Shown: positions 1 through 13,664 of the stretch, in pieces
Numbering within the stretch: position 1 is the stretch's first letter
How the letters are laid out: every line of letters begins with the position of its first letter
NCBI RefSeq assembly: GCF_001194135.2
Contig: NC_068981.1
Location: forward strand, 61,268,537 to 61,332,536
Length of the DNA: 64,000 nt
Direction of reading: 5' to 3'
From: Octopus bimaculoides
Lineage: Eukaryota
Program-made: the position numbers and the translations under genes
The notes under the pieces: model-generated
The model's database searches: none
Told to the model about the DNA's origin: nothing
Seen by the model: only the letters and a program-made list of their open reading frames with translations

Positions 1-718
1 TTTTTTTTTTTTTTTTCTGCTTTGTTTTCGACCCCCTCGAAAAGAAAAACTCTACATTTGTATTTTGTCCCCTCTGTGTTGAGCCCTGTGTGGCTAATAA
101 AGAAACCTATATATATAAAATAAATGATAGATACGGAAATTCAATATACGACCAATTTTATTACTCGCATCGTTCGCTTCGACTTATGCTATATCGATCT
201 CTCGGGAGTGTGATACTCTACAGTTTGTTGTCGTGCTGATATCTGGGCAGAGGCATCGCATTAGGTGATGTTATATGTGGTATCTTGTTAAATAAACTGT
301 GTCATTCGGTTTTAATACAGCATATTGTTAGTGTCCGTAGGTCTGACCCGTTGGGCAAGAATGGTGAGGGAAAGATTGCGTTGCGACGTTACAAACAAAG
401 ACATGTAGTAAACAGAATCTAAAAATACGCACGCTCAAAAGAGTTACAAAATATCATAATAAACCTTAAAAGCAATGGGACTAGCATTGTTGCTCAAAAC
501 TACTGGACTCACTATATGTTGTACATTCTGTGGCATCTTGAAACGAAAAGAGATATATCAGTGAGTTACGATGTCACTAATATTACTAAACAGAGTTCTC
601 AATATAAAAAAGTTGGAAATGTATAAAATATGATCTTTAACTTCGATTAAGTAAATTCATTATAATTCTCTTCATATCAAACTGTATAAAAACACATATT
701 TCACACTGCTTGCAAATT

Positions 719-1102
719 GTGTGTTGTGTGTTGGCACTCCGTCGCTTACGACGTCGAGGGTTCCAGTTGATCCGATCAACGGAACAGCCTGTTCGTGAAA
801 TTAACGTGCAAGTGGCACTCCACAGACACGTGTACACTTAACGTAGTTCTCCGGGATATTCAGCGTGACACAGTGTGACAAGGCTGGCCCTTTGAATTAC
901 AGGCACAAGAGAAAATGGAAGCAAGAGTGAGAGAAAGTTGTGGTGGAAGAGTACAGCAGGGTTCACCACCATCCCCTGGCGGAGCCTCGTGGAGCTTTAG
1001 GTGTTTTCGCTCAATAAACACTCACAACGCCCGGTCTGGGAATCGAAGCCTTGATCCTACGAGCACGACTCCGCTGCCCTAACCACTGGGCCATTTCGCC
1101 CC
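719..1102 (-). mobile_element. tRNA-derived SINE, full length, with 15-bp TSD
   Basis: Minus strand starts GGGGCGAAATGGCCCAGTGG (A-box-like), followed by GGCTTCGATTCCC (B-box-like), and ends in a (CA)-rich tail. Exact flanking direct repeat CACTGCTTGCAAATT at 704-718 and 1103-1117. Confidence 0.85.
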
Positions 1103-1286
1103 CACTGCTTGCAAATTACCATGATAATAAAAAGAAAATTTGATTTATGATGAAGTCGAATCTATATATCTGCGGAAGTACGAAATCGGAATCATTGTAA
1201 GCAAATTTAATTCGCATTATGATACACATACTAATGGAATAATTATACAAATTAGACAAAGCATTACTAGATTTTTTGATTGAATA

Positions 1287-1508
1287 CTTTCTTTTATTCT
1301 TTTACTCTTTTGCTTGTTTCAGTGAGTTGACTGCGGCCATGCTGAAACACCACCTTTAGTCGCCTAACACTAACCCAGGACTTATTCCTTGTAAGCCTAA
1401 CACTTAATCTATCAGGTCTTCTGGCGAAACGCTAAGGTACGGGGACACAAATACACCAGCATCTGTTGTCAAACGATGTGTGTATGTGTGTGTGTGGGGG
1501 GGGGGTGA

Positions 1509-1546
<38 letters not shown>

Positions 1547-1714
1547 TATATACGACAGGCTCTTTTCAGTTTCCGTCTACCAAATCCTCTCACAAGGCTT
1601 TGGTCGGCCCAAGGCTACAGTAGAAGACACTTATCCAAGGTGCTACGCAGTGGGACTGAACCCGGAACCTTGTGGTTGGTAAGCAAGATACTTACTACTC
1701 AGCCACTCCTAAGC
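1287..1714 (-). mobile_element. Octopus-type tRNA-derived SINE (CORE-like domain, internal (CA)n)
   Basis: Minus strand: tRNA-like head (GGAGTGGCTG..GGTTCCGGGTTCAGTCCC), central GGGCCGACCAAAGCCTTGTGAG..GGTAGACGGAAACTGAAA, internal microsatellite, AAAAGA-type tail. Same family as 54365-54830. Confidence 0.85.
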
Positions 1715-3509
1715 GTTTTAACGTGATAAAAAATGTTATTCATAGATTGAATTATTGCGTAAAGGTGACGATACTATTTGTACACAGTTTTGTTAGAATT
1801 GAGTATACGATAATTTAAATTAATTAATCTTTTAACACAAACTAATTGCGATGGACTAAACAAATTCCTTGTGATAAAAGGACGCCACAAAATGTACAAC
1901 ATATAGTGATTGCAATATTTTTGAGCAGCAATGTTACTCCCATGTTTTTAAAATTTACCATTACATTCTGTAACCGTCTTGAGCTTGAGCTTTTCTCAAT
2001 TCTAGTTTCGTACTTTTTAAGGCAAGAATTGTATTATTGTGTTTGTGCGTATATGCTTGTTCTTGTATATGATGTGTGCGTGTGTGTGCGAGCATGTTCG
2101 TGTGTAGTCTCACAGATCTTGTTTAATTTAACTTTAAAATAGAAATCAATGCCATTTATATTTCTTTCTTTCGTATTTCTTTTAATCAATAGTAAGTGTT
2201 AATTTATATTTCTTCCTTTTCTCCGTGCATGTTGCAATATTTCGGCTCTTTACTGCATGTTGCAATATTTCAGTTTATTGATTTTGGCACTTTGATGCAT
2301 GTTGCAATATTTCGGCTCTTTGGTGGTGAAAAAAAAAGCAAACTCATGGACTATTATAAATAATACTGCTTTTTCGACGTTTATCTCGTTTTCTTCTTGG
2401 AAAGTTACGGATTTTACATACAAAATGAAACAGATGAGAACAAATATGGTAAAATTTTCTCAAGTTTAAAATGTGACATTGTTTTTGTTATATCTACATT
2501 GCACCCACATAAATACATAACAACAGAACAAGCTCGCACACACACACATAAAGACACACATAGACCCACTCACACGTACACACACCAGTAGCTTCCTCGA
2601 CAAACATGAATACATAAAAACAGAACACGCTCAAACACCCACTCAGACGTACAAGAACAAGAACGCACACACACACACACACAGACGTACATCCATTAGC
2701 TTCCTTTTCCACTTTGACACGTTAAAGAGAACAAGCATTCACGAGTACAGCTTCATGCCAGTCTAATCGTTCATTGGTTGATGATGATTGACAATCAACC
2801 AACAAAAGACAATCACTACGCAAACGGATACGGCCCCCTTACACTTTTATAAGCAATCTAGAAATATATCGCAGTAGACTCGACTATATTATTCTGTTGT
2901 CGGTCAATGCGTGTCTGAAAAATTAAGAAAAATAAGAAGAATAAGAAAAATATAGCATACAATAAAGTAAAACATTATGTCCGTCGTAGTCACATATACT
3001 TACTTTCGTACTCACACTTGCGGTCCCGTTTACACACAGATTCTGCCACATGCGCTATTAAGTAGATGTCATTATACTCTTTGGATAATGTCGTACCATA
3101 TTTGTATCATACTGTGACCCAGGGCATCGGAGTTTCCGGTTCACTGGGTTAATATTAATAGTTCTGGTTGGTCATATATTTTTATTTGCTATATATATGT
3201 GTCGAAAACATTGACGTGATTATTAACAGATTCTTGTATATTCCATCTTCTGTCTTTCAATTGCCATATATATTTATGCATGTATATATGTTTTAACTCC
3301 TGTGTGTGCACTTGAGTGTGCACTTGTGTGGGTGTGCGTGTGCGCGTGTCTATGTTTGAGCTGAAGGGAATTTCTCGTTTGCGTTAGGCAAATAACATTT
3401 TTATACACCTTAGTTATTTATGAAATGTAATGATTTACCAGCAGCTGATTGTTAGTTAACGTATACATAATTATAAAGTAATGCCAAAATATATTACAGA
3501 AAATAATTT

Positions 3510-4111
3510 GGATCTTTTTTAAAACGGGGGCCACATTTTTCATTAACGAAACACTTTGAAACTTGGAACACTGGTAGAATGTGTCATATAAAACATCTTT
3601 TTCTCTTAGTCTTCTTAAAAAAAAAAGAAATCCATAAATTATTCCATGTTAAAGTTGTCGTATTTCTGTAATTTCAACCAATCACTGACGTCCATTCAGC
3701 CGATATACATTAAGTGCCGACTACATAAACAAACGAATCTGAAACAATTAACCCTAACCCTAACCCTAACTCTAACCCTAACCCTAACCCTAGGGTTAGG
3801 GTTAGGGTTAGGGTTAGGCTTAGGCTTAGGGTTAGGGTTAAAGCAAATTTAAAATGAAAAAAGCAAATAAAACGAAGAATCGTTTGTTTATGTAGTCGGC
3901 ACTTAATGTATATCGGCTGAGTGGACGTCAGTGATTGGTTGAAATTATCGAAATAAGACAATTTTTTACATGAAATAAATTCGAATACAAACATATTTTT
4001 CTGTTCTATAACACAAAATAGATAAGTATACGAAGTTTGAAAGTCTTTCGGTACCAAAAACACTACGTAAAACATTAATGAAAAATGTGGCCCCCGTTTT
4101 AAAAAAGATCC
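3510..4111. mobile_element. Non-autonomous DNA transposon (MITE), 37-bp TIRs, 8-bp TSD; Merlin-like by termini
   Basis: Perfect TIR GGATCTTTTTTAAAACGGGGGCCACATTTTTCATTAA (3510-3546 / 4075-4111). TSD AATAATTT at 3502-3509 and 4112-4119. Inner ~68-bp inverted repeat at 3669-3736 / 3880-3947. The superfamily call rests only on GG..CC ends plus the 8-bp TSD. Confidence 0.85.
3749..3840. repeat. Head-to-head telomeric-type repeat (TAACCC)7 / (TAGGGT)8
   Basis: Read directly. One TAACTC and two TAGGCT variant units; centre CCCTAGGG at 3788-3795. Confidence 0.95.
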
Positions 4112-5098
4112 AATAATTTACTAGTAATATCGGAATCGTTCAAATTTAAAATCTGATCTCAAATATATATAATTTTTCAATAACGATTTAATTTTCATAA
4201 ACTGAACTATAAATTATATCTCATAAATAAGTATCTGAATACTTGTTCTGTTTATAAATCACTACTTAACATACAGCAAAGCCTATAACACTCAAAAATG
4301 AAACCAGAATAAATTATATATATCGAACGCTTATATTTTGAACGGCAACAATAACCACGAGCTGTAATGCATAAAATGCAAGGCATTCGATATTTATTCA
4401 TATACTTAAACAACATAGTGAAAGAGACAATTTCATATTCAAGAACTGAATGCAAATTTTAGTCTCATTTTAGAGATATCCGATGTTATGCAGAGCAAGT
4501 GAACGAATTCATTGATAGGAAGCATGCTCCATTTTCTTTGGTTGCAATCATAAAATATCATTGAAGGTTAATAAAAGTGTAGCATCCCAAAATGCACATT
4601 TATCATGCTTTTGTCTTTTGAAACATTAGGTTTCAAAATGCATTTTATAATGAAAGAAAGCTTACTCGTTTGATGTCATGGTAAGCAATTTCATTAGGCA
4701 AGTTGCAATGCTTTTTATCCCTTGGAGGTGATGCATTTCAGGTATAGAAATATAAAACATAGATTTCTCGGAAACATTTACAACATGAAATCGAATTTAG
4801 CATATTCCGGTTTCGTGGGGTTTATAATGGAATTCAGAATTAAGTAACTGCAATTCCTCATACTGATATGGAAAAATTGACACGGAACATTGTACTTAAA
4901 ATGCAACAGTCGTACGAGTTACATCAGCCATAGAAATATACATGAATGCATATATATGTATATATATNNNNNNNNNNNNNNNNNNNNNNNNNNNNNNNNN
5001 NNNNNNNNNNNNNNNNNNNNNNNNNNNNNNNNNNNNNNNNNNNNNNNNNNNNNNNNNNNNNNNNNNNNNNNNNNNNNNNNNNNNNNNNNNNNNNNNNN

Positions 5099-5143
<45 letters not shown>

Positions 5144-5146
5144 TAG

Positions 5147-6010
5147 GTTGCTGTAGAGACCACGGATTTGCGCCTACAGAAATAGTGTCATCTACTGATG
5201 GCGTTGCCGCATCTGTTGTGGCCGCATAGGTTCACACGGGATCACCGGTAACGCATACCGCGACTGCATTGGAAGGAGCTGTCTGCCGGCGCTACTGGTT
5301 TTTCCTATCGTCGAGTGCGTTTTTCTTTGGCGGAGGCATCCTGTTTTCCTTCAGCTCGCTTCATCTCTTTTCGCAGTATTTGTCTCCAGTGTGGGTGTGT
5401 ATTTGTGAACTCCTTCCATCGCAGGACGTCAAGATCAAGCGACTTTATATCCCTCTCACAGACGTCCTTCAAGCGAAGATGAGGTCCCTTCGTGCTCTTG
5501 TGCCGGTAGCCAATTCCCCATACAGGAGGTATTTTGTGATGTTCCTGTCCAGCATGCTATGTACATGACCGAACCATCGCAGACGACGCTGCTGGAGCAG
5601 GTGAGTATGCCGGGTATCTTGGTGCGGTTGAAAACGTCAGTATTGGTGATATTGTCTATCCACTTGATATCCAGGATGCATCTAAGATTATGAAGGTAGA
5701 ATATGTTAGGACACCGTTCCTGTCTAGAGTCGAGGCTCCAGTTCTCACTACTGAAAAGTAGCGTACTCAGGACGCACGCCTTATAGACAACGGTCTAGGT
5801 GTTTACAGCCGGTTTTCTGTTTTCCAAAATTATCTTTGTGAGCCTGGCATATGTGGATGACGCTTGACCACTTCGCCTGTTGAACTCAAACACAAGGGAG
5901 AAGTCAGCCATGGTAGAGCCAAGGTAGGTGAATTAATGCACTACATCTAGATTGTAGCTGTTGACGGTAAGTAATGATGGGGATGCTTACTAAGTGAAGA
6001 CTGCTGAATA
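5147..6010 (-). mobile_element. RTE-clade LINE 3' fragment (degenerate RT C-terminus plus C-terminal Zn finger)
   Basis: Minus-strand translation gives FTYLGST, YKACVLSTLL..SENW, LRCILDIKWIDNITNTDVF and a decayed FxCxxCxR..SR..H..C tail. Stops and frameshifts present. Confidence 0.8.
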
Positions 6011-6019
6011 TCTAAGTTG

Positions 6020-7640
6020 ACTACTGATAACAGGGTTCTATTCCTTAAGGTGGGTGGAGTTACATAGGGAATAGGTATTGAACTGAAGTTTGGTGATGTT
6101 AGTGAAGTGAGGGGAAAAGGGAAGGCGTCTACATACATAGATGTGCCTATGTATATGTGTTTCCGCTTGCGCATACCCTCGTTTGTGAAGGAGAATGAAG
6201 TAGGTTACAGGTGATGCATAAGCTTGGGAGTTCTGCCTGGGGTTTGCGGTGGCATTTTTGGTTTTGGAAGATTGTCCTTGGTTGTGGGGCAGCCAATGTA
6301 AAAGTGGTATATCTAGGTTTTTAGAAAGCAATCGTTTGAAATTCACAATTAGAATGTAACTCTACTGGAACCAATAACACAGTTCGTATTCGTCGTTGAT
6401 ATATATTCGCAGATTGGTGGAGAACGTGCAGACTTTGGCAGAGGACGAGCTGGCAATCTCAGGCGCGTGGTTTGTATGGTGGAGCAATGTCGCTGACGGT
6501 CCATTTTATGTTGGGGTTTTCATCCCGGAGGTCGTGGGGTTTCCAGTAGAAACGACACAAAGAGATGGTATTCTCTCTGCAATTGCATCTAAACGAGTTC
6601 ATATGCTATGTGTACCTTCCGTTGGAGTCATTGGCCTCCATACCAATAAAGTACCTTGTGACGCCATCGGATTATTTGAGGTACGCTCTGTAGACAACAA
6701 CCTTTGAGATTCAGGATCCTCCCATATGGCAGCCGGTAGGTTTATGGAAATTACGGAGTTGGTGTTTGAGGGTGTGCGGATGCATGCTTTCAATGCTAGA
6801 AGCTATCTGATCATAAGTAGCTGAAGTTCACGTAATATTTGTTTAAAAACTTATAGTACATATTGCCCATGGGTAAATAATTTTAAGCAACGACAGGCAG
6901 GCACTAGTTACATTGGTGGAAACTATTAGGTTAAATGGAGAGTCGAACTAAACCAGCTTTCTCTTTCTGCGTCCCTTCGGGTGTTGTGGTGTGACCTCCG
7001 TATATGGGAAATTCTCGAACCCCCCATTCCTCTAAGGTGAAACATTGCAGTATGGAGGCTGCCTTATCGAAGATATCCTTATTGGCTAAAAGGTTAGACT
7101 TTTTTCTGCAAAATACTGAGTCTAGGTCTGTAATTACAGCAGTGGTGGTGGGGGGGATTCAATCTTCTGTTCTTGAATACACTTTACTTATTTTCAAGTC
7201 TTGTGTTATGTGTTACGCCTAGGAAGTCAAACTTTGATTTTTCTATTCAGATCCTTCCTCTAAGATGTCCATGGCATAGCAGTTCAGATGGCTTGTGATG
7301 GACAAACCGTGATCCTTGCAAAGGACCAACCTCTGTGGTTGTGTCTGCTTATTGAGGGCATGCAATATAAATAAACCGACGAGCGTTATCCATAATCCCA
7401 GCCGGACTTTAGCTCCCCATAGCAACATCAAAAAGGGGATTGCCGTCATTTTTCAGAAGGAATCACCCTGAACCGGGAGAGGACGTTACATTTCAGAAGG
7501 CAGTGACAGTAGGCCCTTTTTCGACAGAACCAACTCTGATATCAAAAGGGACATGGGGTTGATTCAATCAGATTCCAGACCAGACACAGTCCACTGGCTC
7601 GCAGGATCCCCCAAAAAATCAGCCTGGTGGCTCACACAAT
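6020..7640 (-). mobile_element. Heavily decayed non-LTR retrotransposon ORF2 remnant, clade unresolved
   Basis: Only scattered motifs: FDFLGVT (~7220), PIYGG (~7000) and an ET-H-H..C knuckle-like segment (~6150-6190). Many stops. Confidence 0.4.
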
Positions 7641-7794
7641 TTGACATCCTTGACATCCACACTCGCAAACACACACACACACACACGAACACGCACACAC
7701 ACACGAACAAACAATCAAAACACACAAACACATCCCATAATAATAATATACGTAACTACTACCCTTTATTTATTCACTTTCACATATATGTGTG

Positions 7795-7799
7795 TTTGT

Positions 7800-7862
<63 letters not shown>
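7795..7862. repeat. (GT)n microsatellite
   Basis: Read directly. Confidence 0.95.
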
Positions 7863-7865
<3 letters not shown>

Positions 7866-8177
7866 CCTATTTCTTTGATTCAGAGTAGAATTTATAAATG
7901 TAGACTTGCCTCGTTAGGCAGCACTCAAACTTACTTCTGTGTCACATAAATTCTTTCATTCCAAAGCAATACCTCTTTGCATGGGATGTAAAAAATCCTG
8001 ACAGAGAATTGAGTTGTTTGAATTCGGTTCATAACTGATATTTTCTGTAATTTTGAAGATTAATTAAAATTTTATCTTCTATTGTTACGTTAGCAATGTT
8101 TGCAATATATTTATCAAATGATATAATATTCTTCAAAATGCTTTATGTAATAAATATTCTGCGTGTGTATGTATGGG

Positions 8178-8178
8178 C

Positions 8179-8258
<80 letters not shown>

Positions 8259-8268
8259 TGATAGATAA
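8178..8268. repeat. (AGAT)n microsatellite
   Basis: Read directly. Confidence 0.95.
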
Positions 8269-9200
8269 ATACATACATGCATAATACATACATACCTAAG
8301 TAGGTATGCGTGTAAAAACTATGTATATTTGTATATGTGCGTATATATTGGAATACCGATTTTCGACCAGCTACTCTAAATAATGAATGCTTATGCCCAT
8401 AATTATGGTATATGCATACAAACGTACCGATATGTCTTATGCTATTTTCTTTTATATATACATTTTCTCATTCGTATAAATTTCTGCACAAATGTGTATA
8501 CATACATACAAACGCATACGAAGTGAATACAAAAGTTATACAATGTGTTTCTTACTTTCATGAAATATTTTGAGAAATGTGCTGCTTGCGTTCACTTTTT
8601 TCAGGTATTGTGAGTACTTGTGTGAACTTTAATGTGGATACAGAAAGTGGGTGTTTCGAAGTGGGTGTTTCGAAGGCGTTGTCCTCTTTCTCATATATTT
8701 TCGAAGAGATATTGACATTATTACAGCAAGTGAACTGTATGACGGCTGATAATTGTTCTACACTGTCTCAAACAACAAAATTATATTTGATGGGAATTAA
8801 CCTCTGATATTCCTAGCGTTGATATTTGCATGCTGGTTCAATAATTAGCGGAGACTTTCTTTCGGGTGGCATTCAATAATGTTTTAGTGGCAATGTTGTA
8901 TCGCGCAGGAAGGCAGTAACTTGCTGAATCTTTTGTGCAGATTCTAATCAAAAGTGTAATGCTTCTACAGAAATGTGAAATAATCTAAATGTTCTGGTAT
9001 ATATCAGAGTTCCAAGGATTTCTTTTGTTTACTTAATATTTCGTAGCAATCTCTTGTTTTGAGATTGCCTATGCTTAACGCTCGAAATGAGGAGTGATTC
9101 AATAGTCGCATGCCAAATAGAGGTCGCGCTTTATGTCGATATTACTGACTTGTGTGCATGTCCTTCTATATGTATAATATATATCGATAATATGTATGTA

Positions 9201-9237
<37 letters not shown>

Positions 9238-12200
9238 GTATATATATATATATATAAATACGTATACAAATATGTGTGTGTGTGTGTCTACGTGTGCGTG
9301 TGTGTTGTGTGTGTATTGTATGTATGTGTGTGTGTGTGTATGTTTGCGTGCTTGTGTATATAATTTGGTACTTATCCCCATGATGGACTCAACTATATCA
9401 ACAAATCAAACTGAAACACAACCCTCTCAACTCTGAACTCTGCGCAATTGCGCTGCTTTTCAGCCCACGGATTTAAGACACTATGAATGAAGGTATTGGA
9501 AAATTGGTATGGGTCATCACCAAATAAATTTAGACATACGAGTTCAAATGGTGAATGGAGGCCAATTCACGTCTGAGAAGACAGGCGAAAACCTCTTGAT
9601 CCAAGCACTTCCTTCACACGATTAAAACACGTAGCGAACAATGCATTATTTTGTTCGTTTCCGATATGATGAAGTTCGACCTACACTAAAATTTTTCACA
9701 GCAAAATCGACAAATAACTATGTGTAGACCCTTCCGATATCTACTAATTAATGCACACCGACTTCCATGCACAGAGATACTGGAGACTCTAAGTAAGTCC
9801 TGGGTGGATGACGTATGCACTACAAGATCATATGTGTTTTAACAAGACTTATTATGTTCGTATAATCCCACGTTATCCAAGAATGGAGATCAATAATCTT
9901 TTACAATAAACACTAAAAATTGAAACTCCAAAAGAGCCAAATTGAAATCCATGGGCGGTGTTATTGAAAGGAAAACTAATTGGCACCCTCACAATGATCT
10001 AGAGGCACTGATGCAACCATTGTGCATGCGATACCCGTAATTAAAAAGGATCAATCAATGTAGACGTGCCATAAGATTCCAATTCCACACAGGGAACCAT
10101 CAATACGCACGAATTGATGGAGTCATAGACTAAACTTATAGAAAAGTAACGTGTTTTATTAGTATATATATGTATTTTTTTTGTTGTTTTGAGAGATTGG
10201 AGTAACTTTACCAAATATGTCCTGAAATATCACTTGCTCTCTGTCTCTCTATGCATGTATGCATGTATGTATGTATGTAATGTATGTATGTATGTATNNN
10301 NNNNNNNNNNNNNNNNNNNNNNNNNNNNNNNNNNNNNNNNNNNNNNNNNNNNNNNNNNNNNNNNNNNNNNNNNNNNNNNNNNNNNNNNNNNNNNNNNNNN
10401 NNNNNNNNNNNNNNNNNNNNNNNNNNNNNNNNNNNNNNNNNNNNNNNNNNNNNNNNNNNNNNNNNNNNNNNNNNNNNNNNNNNNNNNNNNNNNNNNNNNN
10501 NNNNNNNNNNNNNNNNNNNNNNNNNNNNNNNNNNNNNNNNNNNNNNNNNNNNNNNNNNNNNNNNNNNNNNNNNNNNNNNNNNNNNNNNNNNNNNNNNNNN
10601 NNNNNNNNNNNNNNNNNNNNNNNNNNNNNNNNNNNNNNNNNNNNNNNNNNNNNNNNNTAGTAATTTGCATGTGCAAGAGAGACATTCTTGAATTTAGACT
10701 GAACAAAGTTCTTGTGTGTGTTTACTCGAATCATCAAGTAAAACCAATTTTCTCGGAGCAGATATCTCTAATTCTTTGATCCTTGTATAGGTTTCTATTC
10801 TTATCCGGAAGGAAGAGTAATTACTTTCGGTAGGTATAAAGTTCCTGCTGTGGAAAGCGAGAAATGGTGAACAGAAATACCTGGCTACTAAATGTTACAG
10901 CTACAAATTAGATTGCAGTAATTTTCAAGAAATCATGCTGCGCACGGACTACTTAAAAGTTAAGTCAATATAAATGTTTCGATGGAGTTTGCAAGTGGAA
11001 ATATATTTTACAGTACTTATGGGATGTATACATGCATACAGACGTACATACGTACCTAGTCTCATGTATATCGGTGTGCATGTGTGTGAGTGCGTATATA
11101 TGTGTATGTAAAATCAGAGCATTGTATAGTGGCTAGATTCATGATCTTAAGTTCTTAAGAGTGACTCCTGGGGCAAGTAGCATGTTGTGTTCTTGATTAT
11201 AGCATTTTATTTCAAATTGTCTACACTGCTCAGTGGAAACTGAATGTGATCTTACCATTTGTGAAACTCATTCTCAAACTGACACTCAAATCATCTTTAC
11301 AACTCTATCTTATAAAGAGAGTGCCTCTATCTGCTCAGAACACATAAGCACCACAAACCATAAGGGAAACATGACAGATATTACCGTGTGATAAATGTAG
11401 TCCATTTGTAACCAATCAGTCACTAAATTCATTAGTCAGTCTATCTATCTAACTATCTATCTATCTATCTATCTATCATCTATCTTACTATCATCTATCT
11501 AACTATTTATCTACTTCTCCTTTCTCTTTCTCTCTGTCTATATATATATATATATNNNNNNNNNNNNNNNNNNTATATATACATATATATATATACATAC
11601 ATACATGTATTTTGGACTACCGAACCCCTAGAAACACCTGTTGGACTTGTAATGCTTTTCTTCAACCCATTTAATTTTCAGTATCATTTGTATTCTGTGT
11701 AAATCGGACCTTTTTGTACGTAAACATATATATTTTTGTATTTCATGTATTTAATATACTTTATATATTGATCTGTACGACTTGTTTATTCTTACATTTA
11801 CTTCTATACCCACTCAAGTTTAAATCTCTTGAGCACTACAAAGTATATTCTATACAGGGTATATTTGGATCTCATCTATAAACTATGTATATATATATAT
11901 GCTTATAGACATACATAGACATATATATGTGTTTGTGTATGTGCGTGCGTGCGTGCGTGTGTGTGTTTGTGTATTGTAATTTAAACGGTAAAAATAAACC
12001 GATTGATTTCATTTTTGGGAACTATCATTTCCTTCAATCAATTGGGAATAGGATTGTTCGGAGACAGAAATGCAATTGTTTGGAGAATTAATAATACCAT
12101 AGACGCCCTTTTATATCCGACTCATTCTCGAAAATCTAAATGCAAAATAATAGATTTTGCTTAGCCAGATAACACAATGGATAACAATGATGCAGGAATT

Positions 12201-12754
12201 ATAACACATTGTTGTAATCCTTGATTTGTGTTAAGATCCACCACCGTATGGTCATCAGATTCAATTTAATCGTTGGGTCCGTTCAATACATTTGATATAT
12301 ACGACAATGTCGCGATTTAAATGTTAGATATTTGAAGATTTTTTCTCTATTTGAAGATTTTCTAAAAATTCTATATACTACAATAAGAACAAGAATATCA
12401 TTTATGTTCAATGTCTCCGGCTGTGAGCACGGGCAATTTAAGTTATGAGTGCATACATGCGAGTATGACGGGTTTCAACACCATAAGTAGGCATTAAATG
12501 TTCTATAGCTCTTCAAAATGGGAATTTATCAAGTTAAAGCAATCAATTATTTCGTCGTATTTACTTTTCTTCAATAGACGCAATTTTCAAATACCATTTT
12601 ATACCAACGGTATACATCCTTTCATATTATTCAAATTCATTGTTTTCTTTTTTTAAACATATACAAATATTTAAAAATATTTATGACTTTTGTATCATAT
12701 GCTGATCATTGTGATGCAGTACATTTATAATTATTCTTTAAGGATAATGAACAA

Positions 12755-13047
12755 AACACCCATGTTTCCAGGGGTGAATAATTCAAACCACAAGAATCTC
12801 TCTCAACAAATGACTATGATGCTCCACCATTACTCCTACTCGTGACCAGAGATGCACATATTATCAGTCACTAAGAGCTATTTTGAACTGTTTAAGGTCA
12901 GGAAACTGATAAGCAAATCTGTGGTATTCAGTAAACAATTCGCTGTAACACATCTTTTACACCAAGACAAGATACATACGTTATATCACTTCCGATTCGT
13001 TAAGATGAAACGCCAGGTGAGTCACTACCAATTACTGCATCGGGGCA
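12755..13047 (-). mobile_element. Short interspersed repeat (SINE-like octopus family), degraded
   Basis: Recognised from memory as an abundant octopus repeat (GACCAGAGATGCACATAT..CAAATCTGTGGTATT..GTTAAGAT..ACTGCATCGGGG). Not verified by search. Confidence 0.5.
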
Positions 13048-13049
13048 TT

Positions 13050-13083
13050 TATTATGATTATTATTATCATCATTATCATCATT

Positions 13084-13126
<43 letters not shown>

Positions 13127-13150
13127 ATACCACCACCACCACCATCACCA
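13050..13150. repeat. (CAT)n/(CAC)n trinucleotide microsatellite
   Basis: Read directly; it produces the spurious poly-His and poly-Asp ORFs. Confidence 0.95.
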
Positions 13151-13580
13151 CAACCAGCACTACTACGCCGCCGCCGTAGAGATGGTAAGCCTGGTATCAT
13201 TTTCAAATAGGTTTCAGTACCTTTTTTCTTTTATCATTCCTAGAGATCCTACAATCANNNNNNNNNNTTTTTTCTTTTATCATTCCTAGAGATCCTACAA
13301 TCACTGGTACGGCAGTCGCCTTGAGATGCCACATTTTTTTCAGTTTCTATTAGTTTTATATTTACTGATCCTGTCAAATTTTTTCGCCGCTATATTGTGA
13401 TCGCAAGAAATGCTCATGTCAATTAATAAACACACTTCTTTTCGTCTGATCTTTTATAAAAATATCCGGTTTATTAGCTTTTATAGTTTTGTCGGTATGT
13501 ACGGGGAAGTCCCAGAGAATCGACACATTTTCAACTTCAATCACAGCTTCAGGATGTTGTTTATACCATTTGTCAGCGGT
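13150..13580 (-). mobile_element. R4/Dong-type LINE 3' fragment (restriction-like endonuclease domain)
   Basis: Translation KWYKQHPEAVIEVENVSILWDFPVHTDKTIKANKPDIFIKD..(LID), followed by PVIVGSLG. This is the PD-(D/E)xK RLE signature of R4/Dong elements. Confidence 0.8.
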
Positions 13581-13664
13581 TTTTATTATTATTATTATTA
13601 ATATTATTAATATTAATATTATTATTATTATCATAACTATTACTGTTGTTGTTGTTGTTATTAG

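Noticed and set aside
719-1714. tRNA genes
   Set aside because: The tRNA-like A/B boxes are SINE heads; there is no complete cloverleaf.
2226-2321. Three copies of TGCATGTTGCAATATTTC with variable spacers (CRISPR-like look)
   Set aside because: Only three copies with 10- and 24-bp spacers in animal DNA and no cas genes; an ordinary local slippage duplication.
3749-3840. Ancient telomere-telomere chromosome fusion site
   Set aside because: The array is short and sits at the centre of a TIR element with a clean 8-bp TSD, so transposon cargo explains it better.
9480-10140. Possible LINE ORF1/gag-like remnant
   Set aside because: Composition is suggestive but no intact diagnostic motif was found, so it cannot be supported without a search.
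13223-13303. 35-bp direct repeat either side of a 10-N gap
   Set aside because: Typical unmerged contig overlap, not a biological duplication.
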